Part shown: piece after piece, positions 24,214 to 37,408 of the stretch
Numbering within the stretch: the first letter of the stretch is position 1
Layout: every line of letters starts with the position of its first letter
NCBI GenBank assembly: GCA_043228905.1
Contig: JBHGNT010000013.1
Coordinates: 18,042,001 to 18,106,000 of the forward strand
Direction of reading: 5' to 3'
DNA from: Azolla caroliniana
Lineage: Eukaryota; Plantae; Polypodiophyta
Length of the DNA: 64,000 nt
Program-made: the position numbers and the translations under genes
The notes under the pieces: model-generated
Told to the model about the DNA's origin: nothing
Databases searched by the model: none
Seen by the model: the letters and a program-made list of their open reading frames with translations, nothing else

Positions 24214-26405
24214 ACCAAAAAGTCCCCACCTTCAAGCTAGTGGACCCGAAAGTGAAAAACTACGTAAACCTAGAATGGAGTTTGGTTTACATCGAGGAAG
24301 AAGGAGTATTACTCCTAATATTTGCAAAGTCTGAAGGAAAGGGAAAAATGGATTTAGGCAAGAGCTTCACATACAGTAGATTTCGGAATGTTGTGTATGA
24401 AGATAGTGACTCGCTTAATCGTGTCCTTGATGTAGAAAGTTCGAATCGGCCTAGACGGGTACTCGTTGATGAAGGCAACCTAGTGGCTGAGTGTTGTAGC
24501 CACAAAATTTTGCGGAAGGACATACAAACGAAGACCAACCTAATTGTTTCTCTTCGTCCCTATGTTACTAGGGAGTTGATTGTTAGAGAAGTAGAAATGC
24601 CTCCAAAGAAGTCTTAGAAGTCAAATCCCAGACATTAGAAGTATCAAAAACGACAAAAATCTGATGAGTACGAACTAGTGATGCTAGAGTTTCGTAGAGG
24701 ATGAAGATGAGGAAGATAAGGAAGAGCAACAATTTGAAGTTGTTTCTCCAAGAGGCCAAATGTCATCATGCATTTTATCTTCAGAGCAAAATCGTATTAG
24801 AGAGAACATTGCAAAGAAGAAACTGGTACGTAAAGGCCAGCTTTTTTATTTGCCTATTAGTTCAAGTCAAAAGCCACCAATAGATCCTGTGACAGGGAGA
24901 CGTCCATTAGAAATTTGAGAGCCACATGTTATGCACGTGTAAAAACTTAAGAGTAAAATGAAGATTAATTCGCACCCCACAACAGTACCTTTCCTGATAA
25001 TGGTGGATCCTGACGAATACCCCACCACTGCTGATTTCAAGTATAGTTAAATAGGTTTGGGATTTGCAAGACAAAATATTTAGCATGTGGGAGTGGAAAG
25101 AGGTGAAAGGACAACGGTCACAGAAGGCCAAACTCGATCCATAGGTGGAAATGAAGTCAAAGTCACATAAAAGTGATTTGATTATCTAGGAGCTCCCCGA
25201 AGATATGAAGTTGCCCCCTTGGCGGTCTTTACAAGGCATTAAAGACGAAAGGTTATTAATTTATGTACTTTCATGAGTAGTCGCCAAGGAGTTTAGCTTG
25301 GACGAGATGGTTATTGGATTTCAGAAGTATGTATTATTCATAGGTTCTTCTTTGATTGGTTTCTTGTTTTCATACCACAATTGACCCGTGATTTCTTTGG
25401 TTGTTAGCCATAAAGTATACATGAAGATCCAAGAGCTGATGATGAAGAAACTATCATTGCCAACATGGGAGGAAGTTGAACAGGCTTGCCCAGTGACATC
25501 ATCATATAAGGCCTTGGAAGATAGAGAATGGGAAAGTGTCTTCATACTTTTACTCAATTTTTTTATCGTGGCTTGCCCTAACCAAATCGATAATTGTAGA
25601 AACATCCTCGCTCTAATAACGTTGGAGACATTCATGAAGGTATTCCAAGCTTGTTCATTACACATTTGGAATGGACAAAGTATGAAAAAAGAATGACAAA
25701 AGGAAAGGAGTTGGAAGTGCCTGACGATTTAGAGACAGTGAAAAGTTTCCTACATAGATCTGACCCTTTCCGACAACTGCATTACAGTGTGTTCAACAGG
25801 GAAGTGGGTAATATGCTAAAAATATTAACCAAGAGGCACTATACTTTACTTATAGCTGACATTCCATATGGATTCTGGATCACGGGATCCATGTACGATG
25901 ATGTGCCATACAAATATCCCCAAATAGAGAAAATGGTGAAAGACTTCACCAAGATTACCCTTGCACCTTTATGGAGAATCGAAATATTCCATAGCATAGG
26001 CCAATCATTGTCTACCACAATGGCTTTAAAGTCACAACTTTCAGGTACTACTACAATATGTGTATTAAAGACAGGAACTCTATTGGATTGGAGAAGGAAC
26101 CTGAGCAGGTTAATTTCATCAAAATGAACATCCAAGGTATCTGGGATTGTCCTAATCAAGACCAAGAAGTTGGGGCAAAGCATATCAATGATACTAAGAT
26201 GTTCTAGATGACTTCTAAAGAACCAATGGAACTTATAGATGAAGAAGTAGGGGACCTTGTTGAATTAGAATACGTGTCAGAGTCAAAACATACTAGCGAT
26301 TCTATTGAGTGTACCGACAAAGCCAATGAGGACAATCCTAATGAAAGAGCTAATCCTGAAGAGTCAGCTTTAATCCAGACTTATTATTGGATTGAATGCA
26401 TATGA
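24214..26405 (+). pseudogene. Beta-class DNA amino-methyltransferase, copy 2, with long N-terminal region; decayed, internally deleted
   Basis: RHYTLLIADIPYGFWITGSMYDD (DIPY at 25858-25869) and WRIEIFHS. After a deletion comes GTTTICVLK..RNSIGLEKEPEQVNFIKMNIQ (motifs I-III), then DCPNQDQEVGAKHI and an acidic tail. Homologous to copy 1. The 5' boundary is approximate. Confidence 0.82.
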
Positions 26406-27439
26406 CTGATTGTAAAATTTGAACAATATGAATTGTTAAATTTTGACGTAATGTATAAGTTGAGCTTATTTATAATTTTCGTGTAACACTCATTGAACTT
26501 AGAGATTACGTATAATTTGTATGTGTACATGTTGTCTAAATTCTCCTTTATCGTTTGGGGTATATGGGAGATAAAATTGTACTCTATCATTTGCTCGTAT
26601 GATTGGAATGTTATTGTAGACTCGTTTATTTCTACATTGATGATGTCATGTATCACGTGTCAATGGAATTTTTCTCTCGACATAGTAGTATCTCTTAATT
26701 GCAAGGTTCACAATTTGCTTTAAGATATATTATATATAAATATACACACATAATTAGAAGAAGTCGCTTATTCAATGGGGTATGTTTTTTAGAATATGCA
26801 CAGTGACTAATGTTACTATTATACTTCTATACCTTATCTAATATTTAGTGTTACTACTATACTTGCGTTGACTTCTATACCTTATCTAAGAATTGGACAA
26901 AAACATGGCGGATAGAATATACATTGGATGATTTTGTTGTCGTGATATTAGTTAGTTCTATTTTTCACTATGTTTACCACATACGCATGCGTCATGCCTT
27001 TTTTAAATTCTCCTTAGATAAGGCATTTTTTAACATCTCACTAAGATATGAAAAAGAGAATGCGACATATTACCTATTTCAAATGACCCGGTTTTTTAAT
27101 GTTTTATTCCTTAATTTACGTTGCATTGACAAATCTTATATTCTTTTAAATATCCTTGGATAGATCGACTGCTTGCCCCTCTTTCTTTTCTCTTCCCATA
27201 CGTTTTTGTTTTCCTTCTGTTTCACATCTCTCCCCTTTTTCTCCACACTCCTCCACCCTTCCTTTTCCCCACTTTCTACCTTTGACCACACCACATCATC
27301 ACAACGTTTTCACAAGAAATGGTTAGCTCTTACCATTAAGTGAGCACTTTGATCAAATGCACACGTTACTATGCAACGTGGTAGTTAAAATCTCTTCATC
27401 ATTAGGAAACTATGCAAGTCTAATCTATCCTTCGCATTT

Positions 27440-27558
27440 TCTTCTTTAATATTCATGTAACAATTACCAAATGGACACATGCAAAGGAATAGTAAGTTCG
27501 TACTTTCTTCTTTAATATGTATGTAAGAATTACCAAATGGACACATGCAAAGGAATAT
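27440..27558. repeat. Short direct duplication
   Basis: TTCTTCTTTAATAT..ATGTAA.AATTACCAAATGGACACATGCAAAGGAATA occurs twice. Confidence 0.75.
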
Positions 27559-28649
27559 AATCTTTTAGTGTCTCCATTAAATTGAATGGACGAGCATGGA
27601 ACATGACATAAAGCCAGGCTCCATTACTTTGAGATTTTGTTGAGATTATAAGCTTCCTCCATAATTGAGAGAGGTTTCTTCAAAATATTTTCCATTATTG
27701 TCATGATTGAGGGAAATGTGACGTGCACATGTAGTCTCCATTATATTAAATCCTAGATTGGGCAATAATTAAATATATGGTCCATTGAAATAGAATGATT
27801 TCCAAAATGATGTCTAAGTGGAATTGACAGAGAATATGCTATATTTTCTAATGTCTAATGTCGCCTACATATAATTAACTGGAAAAGTCAGAACACCTTG
27901 CGTGAAGGACAGCTAGTTAGATGTAACTAAGAGAAGTAATTGTCTTTCAGGACATGTCTCAAGGGATTAGGAATTAAATAAGTCAAAACTACTCTTATCC
28001 TTGCTGTGCTTGATTAGACGTATAATGCGTTGCCTTGAGGAGAGATCAATATGGCCACAAAAATAATCTGATATATATATATATGTCACTGCATGCATGC
28101 CTAAAGGGACAAAGAGATTATGATTATGATTATGATTATTGGTAGTATTATGCTCTGTAACTTCTTTGATCAGGTGGGCAAAACCATGACGATTGGTTGG
28201 GACCTGTTCATTTCAAGTGACAATTATACGCTCGTGAAAGTGAATTTTTCTGCAGATTCAAGTGGGTTAGTGACAAACCAAACAAAGAAATTTTAGGAGG
28301 ATCAAGTTGCAAAAGACAGCATTCGTTATTGGTCTCTACTAACAGTGAAAATCTAATATCTTGTCACACTTTAAAGAATCTGAAATAATTAATGGTGGGA
28401 CATTGATTTCTATCGCTGTTTTATAGGCACACTGTTTTGTGAATCTTTGATTTGGTCTGTTCTTATTAATCCTTGAAAAGAAGATTCCTCGAGTTTTTTG
28501 GTTAGAATAGATAAACTCGACTTTAAATGAACTACAAATTTCACACATCCAAAAATCAATGATAATGAGTCATAGCTATAGATGATTCTTAACCTACGGC
28601 TTAAATTGCTCCAAAATCATAGGTCACCCATTACTTCCAGATTATTTTA

Positions 28650-29150
28650 TTAGGACATCTCCATCCAATTTAATTAGGCCATCCCCCATCCAATTTAATT
28701 AGGACATCTCCGTCCCTTTTAATTAGGACATATCCTACCAGTTACTCTGGATCTAGTACCCACCATGTAGGTATGAAACTAAGATGTTTCTTTGATTTTG
28801 TCTTCCTCTTATTAATCCTAGAAAAAGAGCTGTTTTGACTTCTTTATTACATTACATAAACTAAACATTACATGGACTTTGTCTTCCTCTTATTAATCCT
28901 AGAAAAAGAGTTGTTTTGACTTCTTTATTACATTACATAAACTAAACATTACATGGACTTTGTCTTCCTCTCATTAATCCTAGAAAAAGAGATGTTTTGA
29001 CTTCTTTATTACATTACATAAACTAAACATTACATGGACTACAAATTCTAACATCGAAAATCAATGATAACTGGTCATATCTAGATGATTACTCCAAAAT
29101 CATCGCTCACTCCATCGCTTCCCAATCGTTTAATTAGGAGACCTTCATCC
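28650..29150. repeat. Local tandem repeats (three 81-bp units at 28797-29040; short TAATTAGGACATCTCC units)
   Basis: Direct repeats start at 28797, 28878 and 28959, with related copies at ~28455 and 28650-28735. Confidence 0.8.
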
Positions 29151-29696
29151 AATTGTTCTAGTGCATGCCTACATATGTTTCCATTTATACCAACTCGACC
29201 ACATAGGAGAACATGACCAATAGTTGCACAGGGATAGAACTCTCCGATCAACGCAATTGAGAAATGTACTAGTGGTAGTATTCAAAAATCTATGGTGGAC
29301 ATGGACCCCTGTAAACAGATATAGCAATGCATAAAACAATTGTGATGCTAGTACCCCTTTTTTGCAGATAAATTGATTAATCGTCGAGGTCATTGTCGTC
29401 CGTCCGGCATTTAAAATACTAGAAGTATATAGCAATGACAATTGTGTCCATAGAATTGGTATAATTAACAACATGAAATGAACGGGTGTAAAGTGTGTCT
29501 CATTTCATTGACCAATCAAAGTTATATGGGTAAAGTTGGAGGACACGTCCATGGTCACCCAACCATTATTAATTAGGTTTCATCGATTTGTCTCGTATGT
29601 ATAAATAATAAAGGCACTTTTTGGGCCCTTTTGGGGCATATTTTGTACTAACTTGAAGGGGCCTTTAGCGTACTCATGCCTTATCATTCATCGATA

Positions 29697-29741
<45 letters not shown>

Positions 29742-29839
29742 AGGGCACTTTTTGGTCCTTTTTGGGGCATGTTTGTACTAACTTGAAGGGGTATTTATTG
29801 TACTCATGATCTATGGGAGATATCGATGTTGATTACGAC

Positions 29840-30494
29840 TAGCAAGTGGGCCCGGTTTGATTTAGGCTCAGTTCAGTTTCTTTGCCTTAGAAACCAAACT
29901 GAACTGAACCAAACCATTTATATAAAACAAAAACCAAACCAAACCAATTATGAACTTTCAAGCCATTAAACCAAACCATTTAAGAAAAAAAAAACCAAAC
30001 TATTTAAACCAAAATTGTTTAGGGAAAAGTTGAAACCAAATCGAACCATTTAATAAAAAGTTTAAACCTAACCATATTTAAGCCAAACTAATTAAAAAAT
30101 TAAATAAATAGAAATACTCTAAATTAAATAAGCATTTATGATAAATTAAATAAATAAATAAATAAGCATTAATTAAGCCATTAGATTAAATAAACATTTA
30201 AGTTAAGGGAATTAAATCAATAAAAACCATTCATTAAACCATTAAGTTATGTACATAAACATTTAAGCGATAAAAAATGTTAGCCGAAAAACCTATAAGC
30301 CATTAAACCAAACCACTTAAACTTATAAACCGATAAACCCCAGTTTCAAAACCAAACCGAACTCAAATGAACCGTTTATTAATAATTAAAACCAAACCAA
30401 ACCATTTAATTATTTTGGAACTTATAAACCTTTAAAGTTTAAACCATGGCTTCAAAGTTCGATTTGGTTTGAGCCCAAACCAGGCCCAGTGCTA
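29840..30494. mobile_element. hAT-like MITE with AAACC subterminal repeats
   Basis: Imperfect TIR TAGCAAGTGGGCCCGGTTTG / TAGCACTGGGCCTGGTTTG and dense AAACCAAACC motifs. TSD not clean. Confidence 0.55.
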
Positions 30495-30985
30495 AAATTG
30501 ACAACCATTGTTCTTTACACAAAATACATTCTACACTTGTATTTAAAAGTATACGGTCCCATCTATTTACATTTGTAATTGTACCCATGCCCCTTTATAG
30601 TTCAAATTAAGAAATATACAATATTGTTCATTGGACAGCCAACCCCAACATAACCACCCAATCCTAAAGCACCACATATATTGCACTTTGGGACCAAGTC
30701 ATTTCAACCACACCTTTAGCCAAAATAATAAAAACTGTATGAAAGATAAAAACCAATCAACTAATATTGAGATGTACAAGACAATGGTTTGTAAATGACT
30801 TGCATCGCAAGCAACCCCCTAGACTTCATGTTGTATCTAGGTTTTCGAATATAATGGAACAAGGAAATCCAAAAGCCTTATGTAAGTATTATGGAGGAGT
30901 TAGGTAAGTTGTCAAAGGTGAAAAATACACCCTACCATGAAATATGAATGAATGGAGCCTTTTGGAATGATAATTGATTATGATA

Positions 30986-31805
30986 TGTTTTCACTCAGAC
31001 GGAAGTTACAAGTAAACTTAGACACACAGATATCAAATGAGTAGCACACGATTTACGTGGAAAACCCTAATTTCCAGGAAAAACCACGAGAACATAAATT
31101 TTCACTATGAGGTAAGACAAAATACAATCACGGAATGATAGAACCTTATCTAGTCGGAGTGTGCTATGAAACCATGATTTCAGCCGAGTGCACCAAACCC
31201 TAACTCCTAGGTATCTATACCTTTCGAAGCTTCCAAAGCTTCTCCATTTTATCACTCTTCCTTTCTGGTGCACTCTTCGTTCTGCTTCTCACACTCAACT
31301 TCTGAGCTATGGCAACCACACAGCCACTACAGTGTTTTCTCTTAGTCGTTTTCTGTCTCGCTCTTCTCTTGCAATATATTATTCTTATACAACTCACGCG
31401 CTCGCTTTTTCACTTAAGTATGCTTTCACGTTTTTTCTCATTGTTTTTACTCTCAGTGAGTTATCCCACATACATCCGCACTAGTTCGAATCTTACTATA
31501 TATATTAGCTCATCTCATATACATATGTAAGAAGATATATATCTCATTTTGGCTTCTCAACCGATTTCGGCCAGCCGACTCCCCCGAAAAGGAGGGACTA
31601 TCTACATAACATACTATCATCTATTTTGACTTAATATCTCCTCCCATTAAGTATATGTGGAGAGGAAGCTTATCTTAAATATTGTCTATCACCTATTGAG
31701 TGAGGATCTCAAACATTTTACTTAATCGCACCTCAATGTACTTAATCCCTTTACTAAGAGTACACCATTAACCATCATTAAGGGAGATCATTCGATTACC
31801 TCACA
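30986..31805 (-). mobile_element. Possible copia-type solo LTR remnant
   Basis: Contains GATTTACGTGGAAAACCCT, typical of plant copia LTRs, plus a TATA-like run and TG...CA candidates. No matching TSD found. Confidence 0.35.
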
Positions 31806-31859
31806 TTCATCACAACGCCACTAGTAGATAACATGTATTCGATGTATGTATGCATGAAT

Positions 31860-33230
31860 ACAATATATTATTGAACAACAATAATTTATGAGGAGCCCTA
31901 ATCTATGCGCGGATATGTGCCGATAAACCCTAATCTATGTTTCTTTTCAAATTAATTGCCTTTACATCAACAGATGGATCAATGGCCGGATGGTGAGAGG
32001 AGTGAGGCACAGGCATTTGGATTCTGTACAAGGAATGCGTGAAATTATGGGAAGCTTCTGTCGTCAAGCTAAAATTGGAGCAACGTTAATCATCCCCCAA
32101 AAATTCGGAAACGAAATTACTGACCTAGCGGCAGCTTATTGAAAGGTAAATCTACAACCTTTCTTTCTATAGATCTAGAGATAAATCGCCAATTCGCTCT
32201 TATTGATGATTCCATAAAAAGAACATGAATTCATGCAATTCGAAACATGAATCCTTCAACACTGAACTTTGAAGTTAGTGCAGTAGTATTGATTCACGAG
32301 AAAGGTTATGTACATGGCTCAAGCCTAATCACTACATGTCAACGGTATTATACTGTGTGTTAATACCTTGGATCGAAAGCTATACAGACGCACAAGTTGC
32401 AATAATGCAAAGTTAGATTTTCGATGGGATTAAGTTTTTGGTTGTGAATTGTGATAGTGGAGATGTAATGTCACGCTTGACAATGTTGATCATGATACAG
32501 AAACAGTGAAAGGGATTTTCTCTATTTCCTGCCATAACAACACCATTATCCTCCTTTGGCCAAGAACCATAGAACCTTGAATGAATGCTGATTACCCTCT
32601 CAATCTAATGGGCCTCATATGTGTCCACAAGGATCTCCCTCAGCAAACTATTAGCAAGATTCTGTCTTTCCTATCCATATCCATGCTTACATGTGCACCT
32701 TAGAGGAGGAATAATCAATATAACTCGGAAATCAATCTTCTTTTCATATATACATATATATATATGCGTGTGTGTGAGTGAGTGAGTGAGTGAGTGTATG
32801 CAATATATTATTGAACCAACAATAATTTATGAGGAACCCTAATCTATGTGCAGATCGGTGTCTATAAACCCTAATCTATTTGATCAGAGGACTGATGTCC
32901 AAATGGTTGATGTGGAGTGCAAAAGATTTCGGAAGCAGATCGGAGAGATGTTGGGAGAAGAGAGGAAGACACAAATCAAACTCTAATCGAAAGGTTCTGA
33001 GTGGAAGGCACTACACTAAGGACTTCCAAACCGTTTTCATCCTGCACAGGCGTTTGGATTTCTGTACAAGGAATGCATGAAATTATTGATGGGGGAGCTG
33101 AATCTGTCCTCAAGCTGAAATTTGAGCAACATTAATCATCTCCAAAAATTCGAAAAATGAAATTCCTGGAATGGCGGCAGCTTATTGAAGGCCCAATCAA
33201 TCTATACACCATTTCTTTCTATAGATCTAG
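31860..33230. repeat. Diverged dispersed direct repeat (31860-32180 and 32800-33230)
   Basis: Shared blocks CAATATATTATTGAAC..AATAATTTATGAGGA.CCCTAATCTATG, TTCTGTACAAGGAATGC.TGAAATTAT and GCGGCAGCTTATTGAA...TTTCTTTCTATAGATCTAGA. Confidence 0.75.
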
Positions 33231-34146
33231 AATCTTCTTTTCATACACACATGATGTGTGTGTGTGTGTGCGCGCCACACATTTTCTAAAGATTAGAGAT
33301 TGAGAGAGAGAAGAAAGAAAGATATATGAACAGTCTTCTAAGACCAAAATTGGCCCTTGAGACCAACTGGTTTACAATAAAAATGGGGTATTTACCCACC
33401 CATTCATCGAAAAATAAAATAGAGATTAAGCTAAACCGTTCTAGTGAAAAAACATGTTCTATAAAGAAAGAGAGAGACATAGAGTATGTTCTATAAAGAA
33501 AGAGAGAGACATGCATGCACTATTACTCCTCGAAGAAAAGGAGAGATGATGAATACGTTGTTACGTACCAAAAGATTGAATAAATTGTTGCACGAGTGTT
33601 GCCCCTTAGATATTTTAAGGTGGCGTGAATTAGACTTCCTCTTCTCGTGGTATTTATTACATTGGTGGTTCATGTGGCCTAGTGACAACAAAACAACACA
33701 AGTTACGGCCCAAGTTGCATGGTCATCAATTGGAAAAGACATCAAGCCGTCTCTACAAGTGTCCGACAAGTGACCCCCTTGGGTTGTATTTATGGTACTA
33801 GGGGCCTAGTGACACCTCGTCAAAAGTAACACACTGTAAAAAATACTTGCTATGTTGATTTTCTATCATATAAAGGTTTAACTTTAAAAGACCACAAAAT
33901 TCTTGCAAAAGACACCCTTTTCCATTTCTGGGCTTTTATTAAATAAAACTAAAAACTTTGAGAAGAACTACACAATCTAACGTACAAAAGAACCAATGCT
34001 ACGCCAGTCATATGTTGGATATAAAAATCCACGACACATCACTATGATCTCTTCATGATTTACAAATGTATACACTAGTCTCACCATGACTTCATGATTT
34101 ATTTTCCAAGGTCAAAGAACATGTTAATACCATTGCATTGGGTTAA

Positions 34147-36111
34147 CTAGTTTGATTGGACTAACACTTGTCGTCGACACACATGCGCTCCTTCATAGAC
34201 TTGGCCTGCTTGGCATGTATAGCCGGCATGAGGAGAGCAATGGACATCCTCGACACACATGCACAAACCTTCAAGACCACAATGGGGCCCATGATTTCCT
34301 CGGGTCAATGAATGGTGGAGCCCAAGGAGTTCATCGGTCCATGCACTTGAGAAGAGCCCATCGGGGTCGAGCTCTGCCTTCACCGCCAAGAATCCTTCAA
34401 TATTCACAACTTTCTCTTCCACTCCCACGAATGCTATATCTCGATTCTTCCCCCAATGTGGCTTTCCCCCATATTTCATCACCATCATTTGCTCCATTTC
34501 CTCCATCAAGTCTTCATTAAGCCGTGGTTGGCTTCGTTCGCGTGCACGGTAATAGATTAGTTCGAACATCGCAGAGTCCTCGCGCTCACCCAAATATGCA
34601 CTCGCAGCTCTCAAGAACCGGACATGGATCCCACCGAACATGTTGAGGCTGCACATTCCGTTGGGGTTAAGGTCACGGAGCCGCTTCACATCGCGGATGA
34701 AGGCCGGAACCTTGGCCATTGGGATGGCCACTGCCGTATGGTGGTAGAATATATTATGCGGAGCCAGGCGAGGATCCCATTTGCAAGTGGTTAAGTCCAA
34801 GTTAACATCATGGCCAGACGAGGAATCGGTGTTAATGCCGATGGCAATTCCCGCCTCTTGGCATCCGCCTGTCATCTGCATGCGGTGGTTGAAGCCGATC
34901 ACGGGGAAGCCAGTGAAGCCGGCATCCTCGGAATTTTGGTAGCCATCTCCACTCATGAGGCGGTGCTTCACCATTTTCTCCCCTGACATGCAAAGCCCCC
35001 CCACTTGGCCATCTCTCTCCACACCGTCCTCTGCCATTCAAATAATAGATTCAGTTAATTTCTTGGTAGATCAACCATGACCAAACTAGTCACAAAGAGA
35101 AGGTACTTAAAACATACGATGAGCTCGCATGGCCTTGATGTCCGAGACTTTCATCGGTAGCAAAAGCGGGAACATGTTGGCGCCTTCGCCTTCAGATTCG
35201 ATCGGCACAGCGTCCTCCTCCTTGTACAGCACCTGTCCAGCGGACGGGACCCAGAAGAGGCTCGCAAAATCGTGCGCCTTCGAGAAGCCTAAGATCTCAG
35301 ACTCGAGGTCATCGTCGTGGGACAGTCGGACCATCAATGACCGCTTGAACATGGGCATTACCGAGAATGTGACCTTGGAAAGGACACCCAGCACACCTAG
35401 TGACATCTTCACAGCTTCCAGAAGCGCCTTATCGTGCGGATCGCTACTAGAGCCTATGTTGAGCACGCGCGCATAGCCGTCCTCTGGCGGTGCGGGCACG
35501 ACAATTCTGGCGCCGACCACGTATTCGCTCACCGACGACCCGCGCATGAAAAACCCGCTTCCGTGTGACCCGGTGGCGATCACGCCCCCCACCGACACCC
35601 CGTCCCAGAGGGGCATATGCGGCAGTGTGAAACCGTGCCCCGCGAGCTCGCGGACAAAGTCTCGTACCTGCATCGCTGCGTCCACAGTGGCGGTCATGTC
35701 GGTCGAATTTACGAAAACGGGTTGTGGGACATAATTGCGGAGGCTAATGATGAGGCCCTCGTCTCCGTCGGGGCACGAGATCTTGGTCGTGCTATAGCCG
35801 ACCAAAGTGGCCACTTTCATCTTCAGGCCATCACGGACGGCCTCGGCAACCGAGTCACGGATGTCGGATTCGGTGGCCGGATAGACGGCCCGTGCGGCTC
35901 GGCAAGGGCGCCCGTCCGTCCAAATGCCTTGGTAGTTGGAGAGTGTCCATCTGGGGGGGGCGACCGAGTCTTCGTGTCGTTCGGGCGGCGGTAGCGAAAT
36001 CCGGCTCGACACCGAGGCATTAATACAATCTAAGAGAGGCAATAGTGCTAGAATCGGTACTATCGATATCACCAGAAGAAGGGGCTGCAGACTTACAGGA
36101 AGAAGTTCCAT
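34147..36111 (-). CDS. L-gulonolactone oxidase-like (plant GULLO family) FAD-linked oxidoreductase; exons 36111-35118 and 35030-34147, 625 aa
   Basis: Signal-peptide-like N-terminus, PCMH FAD domain (GGVIATGSHGS, SLGVLGVLSKVTF), C-terminal ALO domain (EQM..KYGGKPHWGKNR, DPDGLFSS.W) and a Cys-rich tail. The 87-bp GT-AG intron (35117-35031) joins the two ORFs in frame. Confidence 0.93.
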
Positions 36112-36634
36112 AATACTGTTTGAAGAAGAATAAAATCATGGAGTGCTTGTACATAGGTAGTTATGGTCCATGGGAGAATCCACGAATAAAAGAAGAGCAT
36201 ATCTATATTTACATATATATAGTTGTGTTTCTATTGTTATCATTTTGGAGATTATTTCTACTTTTCCAAGGTCCAATCTGAGACACGTAAACTGTAGTTA
36301 TTGTCCATGGGAGGATCCACGAATCAAAGAAGAGCATGTACATATATATATATATATATATATAGTTTTTTGTTATCTATATAGGAAGAAAGTCGCGTAA
36401 AGTCTAATAATCTAATTCCCTGGAGTTGTTGTTTGTACCATCCAATTCCTCATTCGGCAAGATTCTCGTTGTACCATAGATTATTTATCTTCTAAGGTCC
36501 AACCAGTGACACGTAAAAAACACAGAGAGACATTCAATGCCCTCATCAGGTCATTTAAGAACCAAACTAACAAATTTAACTTGCATTATGTGTCTGCTCT
36601 CTCTCTCTCTCTCTCTCATGAAACGGGTTCCAGG

Positions 36635-36746
36635 TTTAGTCAATTACTCTCTAAAGCTACAACTAAAGCTCTTATTGGTCACCAAGCCATTTAGTCAATT
36701 ACTCTCTAAAGCGACAACTAAAGCTCTTATTGGTCACCAAGCCATT
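36635..36746. repeat. 55-bp tandem duplication
   Basis: TTTAGTCAATTACTCTCTAAAGC.ACAACTAAAGCTCTTATTGGTCACCAAGCCA x2, with a related motif at ~38060. Confidence 0.8.
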
Positions 36747-37408
36747 GGTCACTTTAAACTTGGTATGTTCTCTCTCATGAAATGGTTCACAACAAGCAAA
36801 AAATTGACAGGTGTCATGCCCGTCAAAGGCCCTTTTTGCCCGTCGAAAAACATACACTTAATAAAAAAATGCCCGTCAAGTGACATACAAAGTTTCAATT
36901 TCCATTTTCATGTGAAAAGCCCCTAAAAATTTTACATGTCAAATGACATATACAAAGTTTCAATTTCCATTTTCATGTGAAAAGCCCCTAAAATTTATAC
37001 ATGTCAAATGACATGCTAAAATTCTATTTCCATGTCATATATATTATATATGTATATGACACATATTATCATATAAATATATGTATACACTCTTTTTTTA
37101 TAACACGCTTAAAATAATATCATCATCATGTTATAATTATAATGATATATATTTTCAAACCTTTATTCTATACTAATAATATTAGTTTAAATTTGATTAA
37201 AATTTTAAACAATAACCTTTATTAAATACTCTAAGATTGTAAACTCTAGGTTTGATTTTAATATTTTATGTTTTAAGTCAAACCTTGATTTTTTACTAAC
37301 TATTTTTTTCGATAAAATAACCTTTTTTAACAAAACAATAACCAAGTTTTTTCCAAAAATAACCTTTTCTTCATACTTAATAGTAAAAACATTAACACGA
37401 TATTTATT

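Noticed and set aside
128-26405. Bacterial contamination as the source of the MTase sequences
   Set aside because: The genes have intron-like interruptions, and plant LTR retrotransposons with intact TSDs sit inside copy 1 and directly upstream of copy 2.
13600-27200. Terminal inverted repeats enclosing the transposase plus MTase pair
   Set aside because: I searched by eye around 13600-15000 and 26700-27200 and found no convincing TIR/TSD pair, so no element boundaries are reported.
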